From positions 434,628-498,627 of the forward strand of contig NMRA01000129.1 of assembly GCA_002633005.1 (NCBI GenBank): a stretch of DNA of 64,000 nt, given 5' to 3'. Positions 14,601 to 25,900 of the stretch are shown in pieces. Below the pieces are notes generated by a model. That model searched no databases, had not been told where the DNA came from, and was given only the letters and a program-made list of their open reading frames with translations. Position 1 is the first letter of the stretch; each line of letters opens with the position of its first letter. The stretch comes from Phoronis australis (Eukaryota; Animalia; Phoronida). Made by a program: the position numbers and the translations under genes.

Positions 14601-16252
14601 TCCAATTCCAAATGCCCCTGGTCAGTAAATACACTGGCTATCTAACAGCTGGGCCCAGGGTCTGACCTCTGTACTTAAAACTCAACTCAAAATTGATCAA
14701 TGGGATGGCATGTAAGCAGAGATGTTTGTATTTGAATCATGTGGCCTGGTAGGTTCTGAGTCTCTGACGAGTCCAAGTTTGGAGATTAGACCATGGGCCT
14801 TATTGTCTCATTATACCATGAGACGTCTTGATGTGAATTATTCTAAGAAACTCAGTTTTACACTATGCTTTACTGCTAAAATACTGGGAAATCTAACTTA
14901 GCCATTTGAAAATCCTTTACCATACTTGGACAATACTTACTGTCTGTTATATATACAAATGGAGCAGTAAAATCTGAGTATACCAGCTAACAGTGTCCAT
15001 ACACCAAACAGACGAGCAGCTAATGAATTGGCTGAAACAAAATATCCATGTTATGAATGTTAAACTCAGTAGACAGGAGATGCTTGAATAAAAGTAAAAT
15101 GAAATATAAAAATCTGAAGCTTATGTTGAAAAAATTCCACATCACTGAAACTTTCAAAAAACTACAAGCACTTTTGGGTGTTACATCTCTCTCTCTTGAC
15201 AAAAAATGCTGTTGTAACGTTTTTGTGTATTGCGGCGAACATTTCACCCTTGCGTTTTGGCTTACACCTAGATATCCCCTTTTTATCCCTAAGGCCCGCT
15301 TTTCAATCCATTTATTCTGATTTTTTTCTTTTTGACATTGACCATGACAAACATGCAAAAAAAACAATGTCTCTTTATTACGAATATCGTTATTTCCCAC
15401 AATAAACTTTCTTTAGTAGCTTAATAACTGTAAAAGTGTGTTGCAATGTCTCTTGTTTAAGGTAACATACACTGCATGTGTCAGGATTACTAATTTTTAC
15501 TTTCTTAAGAAATGAGTATGTTTCTATAGAAAGTCCTCCACTGCAACCAGTTGATCTCAGTGTGGTTCATTTTCTTTTATATTACAATTATATACCCTGT
15601 TATTTTATGCATTTTGGTAACACTCTCGATTTTTAGAATTAAAAAATGTTTTTTAAACCTGTCATCAATGCGAAATGACAATTACTTAATATGAATTAAA
15701 TCATTAATCTTTTGCTTCTGGTATAATCAACAAGAACTGGTAAAGACTTTTCTAATTTTACAACGTAATAATGAAGATTAACAAAAACGAGAACAACTAT
15801 AACAGGTTTGAAAGGATAGAGGACGTCACTTCAGAGGTTGGGTTAACATAGGCATAGCTAGTTAGCATATACGGCAGTCAGCGGCGCCGGGTGCCCCAAA
15901 TGGAGGTGCTCTGCAGAGGCACCCAACTAGGTTACACTTGTCAGTGGCTGCTTGCTATAAGTTGTTCAAGAAGTGAGTGCATATCAGCGCCCACCTTACA
16001 TTAAACGCCGACACTCAAACCTGAACCGAGTCCGAGGATAGAGGTAAAGTGAGGTGCTGCTCAATGTAATGGCAATGCCAATGGCAATTATGGCCCATTT
16101 TCCTGAAGGCAGAAGATCCTACCTAGGTCGGGTGCACCTGTGTACAATCTGTTGGCCAGGAAACTGTGATCAAAAAAACACTGAACAGTATTCCCAAATG
16201 CCATTATCGCCACAAAACCAATCCAAACACGCAATGCCATCATAAAATCCAT
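11653..16252 (-). CDS. ERG28: Ergosterol biosynthesis protein 28 homolog (C14orf1-like ER sterol-pathway scaffold), 135 aa; exons 16252-16123, 15031-14941, 12524-12406, 11720-11653
   Basis: Spliced translation MDFMMALRVWIGFVAIMAFGNTVQCFFDHSFLANRLYTGAPDL-ANSLAARLFGVWTLLAGILRFYCSICIYNRQ-VYNLTLVSFALAFGHFASECWIYGTAPLTVGVMAPLIVS-TISFSGMLVGYLYLPEGRLKTT* matches remembered human ERG28 (GNTLQSFRDH, ARTFGIWTLL, GHFLSELFVYGTA). All introns are GT-AG with consistent phases; total 408 nt. Confidence 0.95.
13654..13886 (-). mobile_element. tRNA-derived SINE in ERG28 intron 2
   Basis: Minus strand begins GAGGAGGCAGTGTGGCCTGGTT (A-box-like) ... GGTTCAAGTCCC (B-box). Near-identical copy at 39335-39570 (+); body fragment at ~7449-7485. 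Confidence 0.85.
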
Positions 16253-16821
16253 TTTCCTGCCAGTCCTGTGTGGTCCGACACCAGTTGCAGTGTGGGAGGA
16301 GAAATAGGTCAACGTAGTTGACCCAATTTTAGAAAATGTAAAAAGTAATACATGTGAAAACGATTTATGAAATAGAACTAAGCACAACTCATTAATTTAA
16401 TCAAATTAAGACTTAAAAGTCAATGTAATTAGCTTTTAGAAGAATCAATTTTCATTCGCAATTAGCCTTTCTGACGCTTGTTATCTCTGCTTATTTTAAA
16501 ACGAGACGGAAGTAAACATTTCTACTTGAGTCCTTGGTTGCAGGAGAAAGGAAACCCAAAAGGTTTCGTTCAGCAAAACAAAATGAGGTGCAAGCTTTTT
16601 GAGATTGTAGAATGAGTACTACCAGTGAAAGGGCATGACAGAAAACATTGGGGCCTTTGGATCCTTGCAGAGGATTCCAGACTGTCCAGTAGAATTTGAC
16701 GATAAACAGCTGTTGTAATACTACGCCAAATGTTGTAATAATGTGGAGTCGGTTGGCCGAGAGGACACACAAGTTCGGGCCTATTAACACGGTGCAAGAG
16801 AACAATCTGGAGGATACTCAC

Positions 16822-16942
16822 ATTGCGTCCGTACAGGACGGCAGCGAACTCCAGAAGGCCCAGACGATCTTGTCACGTGGTCTTGATGGGTGACTCGTCA
16901 CGTGGTAGGAGTGTGACCTCGGCTGGGCTCTTCTGGCGTTAG
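16822..16942. promoter_or_regulatory. Compact bidirectional promoter shared by ERG28 (-) and vasohibin (+), with two GTCACGTGG E-boxes
   Basis: Minus-strand donor AAT/GTGAGT at 16821 suggests a non-coding ERG28 first exon. The candidate vasohibin ATG is at 16943. GTCACGTGG occurs at 16872-16880 and 16897-16905, and the region is locally CpG-rich. Confidence 0.6.
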
Positions 16943-19900
16943 ATGTCGCACCAGGCCAAGACCAACATTGACACGAAAAGGACATCACAACATAGAGACG
17001 CCACAGCCGAGACTGACGTCGACATTTACTACACAGCCATGGACGAACAAAAAAGTTAGCCCGAGACAAAGCAAGTCAAAAGAGAAACTAAAAAGCACTC
17101 AGTTGCAAAATCAAGAAGACGATGGAATTGAGGAAGAGAGCGGCGTCTTGTTTTGGGTCAACAAAGGTGGTTTTCCTATCGGTAAGACCATAGACTGTGC
17201 TCCCTACACAGCGCAGCACAGACTGGCACTCTTACTTGGTCTTATCAGCCACAAGTTACACTCAGGAAACCAATGGTCATCTGCCTAAACATAATACTTT
17301 GTTGTCATACTTACCGAATCATGCCATTTAAAAGTTATACTCTGAATAGGATTAGATTTAACTCTCAAAGATATATCGCATTCATGTGTAGCACTATACC
17401 GGACCCGGGAAATGGAACCACTGTGACCCCCATAAAACTGGCGAATGTGCTAACCATTCAACTAATAAGCAATTGCCTGTCAGCAAGTGGCTAACAGAGG
17501 TTCATATGATTCTCTGGAAGCACATCTACAACATTCCCCTCTTTCCTAGTGAACAGGCGTGCCACCAGGAAGGTGAACACCTGGTTGTCTCACAGGTCAT
17601 CATCTTCCCATGGTACCTTTACCACCACAACATAGGTGAACACAAGGTTGTCTCTCATACAGGTCCTTGACTCTTGGAACTTTTACCATCACCATTACCA
17701 CGCGCGCTGTCCGAGGTCCGCGGGTATTAGTTGCTAGTGCTTCATTGGTAGATCATTCGTTTGGCGACTACGCCATTTGTAGTAATAGCTGAGATTACCC
17801 AACCCTGGAATAGAACTAGGGACCCCCATGAAACTGTCGAGCATGCTAATCGTTCAGCTAATAGGCAATTGCTCGTTAGCAAGTGGTTAACAGAGGCTCA
17901 TATGATTTACCGGAAGCACATTTACAACACATAGATTTGAAAGTTTTCTTTGATTTGTGCCAAGTTCTACAACTGTGCATTGCTATTGGCAGGCATTTTA
18001 TAATGACCAATAGTCGTCATATACTGCCTCTTTTATAAAAACAGATAAAAAGGCCAATGATGTAATGAAAATTGATATGAACTCGGTTGAATTGGATTAG
18101 AATTTCAGCTTTGGGAAATAATTAGTTTGGAAATTTAAACAATAAAATAATTTAATTTTGAAAACATCTGAAAATAAACGAAAAATATATTAATCACATC
18201 TACATTTTTTAAGATATCATTTAGAAGAAACAGTCAGTAAAGTCGCTGATTTTCGTCTCATTTCTTCGTTGTGTTTATCTCCCAGAGGTTAGTAACTGAT
18301 AAGCAAATGAGCATTGCAAACTGTAACGCAAAAGCCCATGTGGACCAAAAGAAGATGGCAGAAGACCATTGGAGCCTGATGATGATAGGTATCCGGACGA
18401 TGTTTCGAAATTTGTGGTGTCTTTCAAACTTAAAAATTAATTACGTCGCTTTCCTAAATTTTTATACAATACCTTTGGTTCACAAGTGTTCTGTTTATTT
18501 CATGACATCCCAGTCATTACATTATGATGCCAGGCTCAGCAAACATTTAAGTACACGCTCAATAACAACAGGAAGTAAACAGACGAAAATCAAATTGGCA
18601 AAAATATTTATTGTATATGCAAACAATGTTTTGTGATTGTCTGCTTTCTACTTACCGGACTCATCCGGGTTACCGCCCATGCTTGGCTTACCGCTCACCC
18701 CTTGTTTTTTAGATTCCCAATTTAAGCGCCCTGGGCAGTAACCTGGACAATTACGGTATAAGTAAGCGAAACCAGTAATCAGCCATCACTTTCTTCCATT
18801 GGCTGTCATGTTTAGACACGTAACCCGTCTGTACTGGTCATATAGGACCCACCCAATTTTTAATAATTATAACTGAGCGTTATTTCTGAAGTTACTCCAC
18901 CACATGTCGGGTTTCCTTTTTTGAAGGTGGACTATGGTGTAACTTCCCATCTGCCTTTCTAATCTTGTAAGTACCTCCCCACCAGGTCATGGATATCACC
19001 ATGGTTGAGCACCACTGTTGAAAAATCCATGTTTTCATTGCTGGGACTTGAACCTGGGGCCATCAACATTCGAGTCAAGCATGCAATCCATTCTGTCAAC
19101 AGAAATAATTGCCCATTGGCAAACAATTTAGAGAGACTAATAACTGGCACAAGAAATCTCTGAAATGAAAAAATCCACCCACATTTAGTATTTGTTTTAC
19201 AGTGATGAGTTTGGCGTGACCTCACTATTCAATTTTTTGTGGTATTCCGCAGGTACAAAACTTAAAGCTACGATTTAGTCGCTGTTCATCTAACCAAAGC
19301 AAATCTAAAGAAATAAGAAATAACAAAGAACATATGATAACTTTTAATTGGCATGTTCATATGTTTTATGAATATGTGACTTCACTGACTAAGAATTGTT
19401 GTGCTTACGATGCAATGAATGCAAGGGTAATTAATCTAAGTCATGTGCACCTGCCCAAATTAGTCATGAATACAATGACTAGCTTTGGGAAACTTTGTTT
19501 TTGGTGGGCTGCATATAATTGTAGTGCTCTAAAACTTCCCTGAGACTTTGCTTCCTTGAGCATCCATGGTTGCGAGTACAATAATTTGATCAACAATTTG
19601 ATCTAGTTTAATTTGAAATACCAATATGTACCGTTTCCCTACTAAACATAAATTTAATTTGTGATTTCTAATGCACAACACTTTTGAATAATATCCGTTT
19701 CATAGCCCCTGACCAGTTGTTAGCAGTATTTGGCTGCCAGGAGAATGAACGTTTTTCATGAAAAATATTTTCACTAATTAACTACGTTGTTACTTTACTA
19801 ATATTTTATAGACAACTATACATGGGAACGCATGTGGAACCATGTTGCCAAGATTCATCCAGATGGCAACTGCATGGTGAAGAGAATTCAAAATGTGTCT

Positions 19901-22900
19901 AATCTACCTGAGGTAAATGAGTGTGCTTTATAGTTAATGGATGTTTCCTGACAATTTCACATTAGAGCAATTCTGTTATTTTGCATGAAAACTACTTCTA
20001 AAATTAATTTTGCATTTTACAAATTCAGGTTGACGGTCTTGCCATAGATAATTTATTTTTTACTATTAGCTTCTGTGACAGCTGTGCAAGAGAAACTGTG
20101 CTAAGAATTCATTAAATTGTCTTAAGTTGTCTTTTAGTGAATGAGAGAATATAATATAATTATCATACACTGTCAGGTAAGTGAAGAATTACTAGTCATC
20201 TATTTATAATGGGCATCTCTCAAAATGTTTGAAGTACATGCTGACTCATCAGCTATACATGGTCAAGCTAGGTTTGTGTTTTAAACTGAGTGCAGTGTTC
20301 TCCCCATGTTTTGACTCGTCTTTGCATTGTGCTTGAATTTTGTTGTGATGAGTTTGGGTTACCTGCGTTGAGTTTGAAAACCTGTGTAAGATAAGTCATT
20401 TCATAAGCAAACTATGACATTTTGTACTTTTGGTAGCAATTCAATGAATTTACTTAAATACTCAACGACACACTAACTTCCCACAGAATGGACATGGGCT
20501 TCTGAACACGTACATCAATTTTGTAAATCCAGTTGAGTTTGAATTTTCTGTTGTGGAGAAAACTACCATACCTTGTTGGAGAGACTCACAGATAGGCGTT
20601 CTGTAAGTTGTTATAGGTACGCTTACAAAAGTGGAACTCAGGCATCGCACAAGGTTGATTCTACAACAGTAAGTTAAATATAACAAGGCTTATGCTGAAC
20701 ACTGTTAACTTTCTTCTGCAGATCCCTGTGCCACAAGTGCCTTTAACCTTCAGTCCACCAGTGCCAATTCATGAACGTCTTGAAGCGATACAGAAGTACA
20801 TGAATACACTGCAGTATAACCATACGGGGACGCAGTTTTTTGAAATACGCAAGAACAGGCCCGTCACTGGTTTGATGGACACTGCCAGAGAAATGACCAG
20901 AGAATCACTGCCCATCAAATGCCTAGAGGCAGTCATACTGGGACTGTATCTTTCACATTGCAACTTGGTGGCACTTATGAAATGATGGTACTGCACTAGT
21001 AGAAATGCATTCTTTCAGGTCATGCAAGACCTTACATGATGCAAGTTGGCCATGGTCAAGGACTTCGGGGACTATACCAGACATGCTTTTATCAGTGATT
21101 AGAATAGGCCATTACCCACTCATGCTATATGGGCAATAAGCATGATAATTAGGTTTGAATTGTAATGGAACTACTTTTAGTGAATTGCAAACTCTTCAGA
21201 ATATAAATATCTCAATGTGAAAAGCCTTTTCTGACGACAGAATTTGCCATCGTAAAAGATCACTTAGTTCTGAGGCACTGAACAAATTTGTGAAATTTTG
21301 TATATTAAACAAAAGAGAGCTGGCCCTCCAACCAAGCAGCCAACACCAGACAACCAGCACACTTGATCGTTGCTATCTGATTGAAAAAGTTGGGATCAAC
21401 TTGAGAATGCTGTAATGTGGCATTTGTTTAAGTCCTTGAAAGGAACAAAATGTGAAAAGGAACATCTTGTTTTGTTAAGCAACTCCTATCTTAACACAAC
21501 ACCATCAGCTAAATATTGACAGTCATGAAATTGCATATCATTGGCCAAGAAACGACTTTGCTAAGGAATCTTTACCAACCCGAGTGAGTGTGCAGGCCAC
21601 TCAGAGCGGTCCATCACGATCAAATAGTGAAATGAATTATCCCACAGTTTTTTTATTCTTAATTTGTTCAGGTGATTAAAACAGGACCCTTTCTTCATTT
21701 GCCAAACCACATAGTGAATATTCAGGCTAACCAAACAACACGGCTCACGCTTTCATGAACATGGCTCACAGACATGTAATTTACTGAGCTCACTCACTCA
21801 CTCACAAACAATTGACCCTGCACTCATAAATAACAGCTTATGCACCCATAAGGCACGACTCCTGAACTGTAAACACGGCTTCAGTTGCTGTAATTACACA
21901 GCTGTTCAAACTCCTTGTGGAGTCATGCATGTGATTCTTAGTGAGCATGTGAGAGTGACTGAGCTGATTTTGGGTGCGTAAGCTGTGTTTGATGAGTGCA
22001 GGGCCGTATGTGCAAGTCCGTGAGCCAAGTTCGTGAGTGTAACAGTTTGTTTGTTTGGCTAGCCTGATACTGAGTTGCACATTTCAGCAAGTGTAGGTTG
22101 TTAGCCTGAAGTCAAGGTCTGAAAATCCATTATTCTGGAGGTGTCTTGGTCCTATTGTAAGCTGATATAAGGTTGTTTATAATGTTTTATCTTGAAAGTA
22201 TATTGATTGACATGCGGTTTTGCCTTGTTTAATATGTCTTTGAATCCTGTTTGGTCATAAGACCTTTGCGCTATTATAACCACAGGACCTTAGCTGGTAA
22301 AACGTTTTAATCAACGAAAAGACCATATTGCATTAAAGAATGATCAGTTCGGTAAGAGTTAATATTTGGACAATTTTTTTAGACTTAGCACAGTGATGTA
22401 AAAACTTGATGAAAATTTGTTATTGTTTTCTTTACCTTTTAATCAGATATTTGACCAATAGCATGACAGGATTAGACAGATTTCCATTGAGTTTTAAGAC
22501 GTCATTTGAAGGAAACGTCCATCGGCATGTTGTTCTTGCTGTCTATAATTGTGGCAGGTACGGGGCTCTTGGAATGAGCCGGAGGCAGGACCTCATGTAC
22601 AAACCACTGAATTTCAAGGTAAACCTCAAATTATAAAATCCTTATATATATATATATATGTATAGGTAGTGCTCTACATCGCCTGTGTGGTTAGCAGAAA
22701 ACTCTTGGACTCAATCCCCAATCAGGATTGAAACATTTTTACAGCTTTGTCTCAATATTGAATTTTTGATACACAGAAATATTATTTACATTAGTATTTT
22801 AGAATTTGTGATTCAGTAGAAATAGCATAACATAGGGTGTTGGTGGTACATACCAGTAGAGCGCGTCACCAAATTAAGTGACGGGGGGGGGGTGCATTAT

Positions 22901-25900
22901 CTATTGTCCTAGGTGGTGACAATCTTAGCTATGCCATTGTTCTGTAGTTATCAGAAAATGGGTATATCTTGTCAAAGTCATGACAAAATTGGCAAAAAAG
23001 CAGAATAAATTCAGTAAAAATATTGTTGGTACTGTAATGAGCTGAGTTTTTTCCGAAGAAGTCATGAGAAAGTCCATAGGCTGGTATACTTATTAATCAT
23101 TGTCACTTACACCATTATGTAGCCAGCTATTGTTTTTGTAAGATTAGGTTTCCATGCAAAGAAGTATGACAAATTGTTCAAGCTGTCTCCACATCAGGGA
23201 GATGAATAGTAGGAATCCTGTTTTGGCTCCAAACTGCACTTTATGAAGCTTGCTTATTGGTAGATAAAACTTGAACTGTATAAGCTATTCATTGCAAATT
23301 CATCGTGTTTTCATTTTAGACTTTGTCCGAGTTAGTTATTGACTTTGAAGAAGCTTACTGCAAGTACCAACATACCGTGAAGAAGGTCAAGGTCGGCCTA
23401 CCTGTGCCACACGATCCACATAGCTACGAGACAATACAGTGGAAGGTGACCTGTTATTAGAATACATGTTTATAAGGATTTAACTTAGAAAAGCTCTGCC
23501 CCTAGAGATATATGCCAGCAACGTATGCAAGGGCCTATTTGTTTGTTTTACTGGTAAATTATTGGGTTTCAATACAATTATAGTGACCTGCACTTGGCTA
23601 CTTAGTTATTGGGCAAGTTGACGTCCAGTGCTCACTAAAATCCTCTTACTTGATCTTATAAAGTATCATGCAATAAAGCAGACATGTGAAGTTCTATTTT
23701 GTGAAATTTCTCCTCAAAAATAGATATTAAGAAAAAAATCAGCATATTACTGCAGTGTGTAGATGTCAAAGCAACATTTAATTTCATTATAAATAAAGGT
23801 AATCAGCCTTTGAAAAATAGAAAAATGGCAATTTTGTCAATTATTTTTGTGTGAAATAAGTGGAGAATTGCTGTAATCAACAATTGGGCTCCTCTGAGTC
23901 AGTCTGTTTCCTTTTTGTTTATCATTTATAGTTAAGCTGATCACCGTGACGGTTGCCTATGATCTGGTCTTACTGTTTTGTTGTAGCCTGTGATTGTATT
24001 GTTTGCACTGCCCACAGATGAGCAGTGATATCACTGATGGGGAGCAGAATGGTATAGATGCATTCTCCTATTCAATGACTTTAACAGACATATTCTGGTT
24101 TGTAAGGTCTGTTAATACCTGGCTCCTTTGTTAACCGCTGAAGGCAGTCTTATAAGGTGAATAGTATGAAATTTCAAGAAATTAATAATGATGACATACT
24201 CAAGTTTCTTACTTTTAATTTGGCCTAGGAACCAGATTTGGCCAGCCCTCATATGGGCCAACCCTCATATGGGCCAACCCTCATATGGGCCAACCCTCAT
24301 ATTGGCACTCTTCAGTGAATATTAACTTTCAGTTATGCTTTTAGCACTTAACGCTGAATTTGAGCAAAATGACTCGTACAGAGACAGTAAAGGAGTTGGA
24401 AAAGATTGCCAGAGAAATAAGAAGTTTGGTAAGTTCAAGTAATGTGGCTACAGCGGTCTTTAATTTTGAACTCTGAAGAAATATTTTGCACGTCCTTGTT
24501 ATCTGGTATGGAATGCTTGTCTGGGATTTCCAAACAAATTACAATATTGAAAACTATGTCCACCGAGTTTTGATTTAGGTCATGGTTGTATAACAGTTGG
24601 TGTCGTGTTTACCTTACTCAGATTAAAACGATTTCTACTAGGCTTGAAAACTGACTGTTTGGTATTGCTTCAGAACAACCGCAGTAAGTTTGCTTGTCAC
24701 TGTGGTTAGTTTCAGCAGTGATGTCAGTCAGGACAATTCCAAGGGTTTTAAAATTTCAATTTAAATTATGAGGTAATGATGATACTTTGGAAGAACCAAC
24801 ACCCCTGTGAATAAAGAATTTTTTGAAACCACAACATTTAACTTTGGGCTTTAAACTCATCGTTATGCATTTTGGTTCATTTTTGGAATGTAACCCTTTG
24901 TTTTGGTTTTCTAGTATGAGTAAGAGTTCCTAAATACACAATGATAAAACCATGGATTGATATCTTCAATGAGAAGAATTGCTACTAATAACTTGATTAA
25001 ATGGAAGTCTGCTATTTTATTTTGACATCATTAGTGCTGTGTGAGTCTTTAAGTGAAGACAGTCAAAGTTTTAGAAATGATTTCATAATAATACTGGTAA
25101 ATGCCCTTCTTCTAAATAAAAATCATGACTTATCAGCTGCATTTACAAAGTACACCACACATTCTAATTAGCTGCAGACAATGCATTACCAGAATCTTTG
25201 TGTTTCTAATGCAATAAATCTAATCTGCTGGCAGTAAACAGGTGCACTACTTTCTAACAAAGGGGCAGTTGTAATCCCCTTATCAATACCTTGCTGTGGC
25301 CACATTCTTTTGATGTCCTAAGACACCGCTGCCAATAAACTACCTTGCCTAGCCTAGTCAAGGTGTAGCAAGGCCTGAAAAATTTTCAAGTTTTCAAGCC
25401 ATCTTATAGTGTAAAATGTCAACTTTTCTTTACACGGGACTTTTTCAAAGAGGCATCATTGCATTGATTTTGTATCTTTTGTTTGAATCAAACTAGATTA
25501 CAACAGTGTCTGGAATTCCTAACGGCCATACTGTCTCACTGGCTGTAACTAAGAGAAAACGCTTAATGGGGTGTGGTCTGAGCTTAGAGAACTGTCTAGT
25601 CTTTTTAAGTTTAGATTTGTTTCTTATCTAAGTTAGGAACAAGATTTATAACTACAGCAAATGCCCGCTAAATCAAAGATTGGTGTGTGACAGCACTTCT
25701 GTCATTTTGTAAACTTGAAATAAGTAGTTTGAATTAAAAATTGCATTGTGGCATATTACTGTCTAAACGCACTTGTCAAAAAATTTCAGATTCACCTCAG
25801 TAGTAAGTTTTTTGGCCTTGTGTCCTAATTTGCATATTGAGCATTATTTATTGATAACGTCTTGAAAATAGTTATGAATTGTGTTATGTACAAAATAGAG

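Noticed and set aside
14764-14800. CTGACGAGTCC...GGAG resembling a hammerhead ribozyme core
   Set aside because: Lacks the GAAA after stem II and has no flanking stems I/III.
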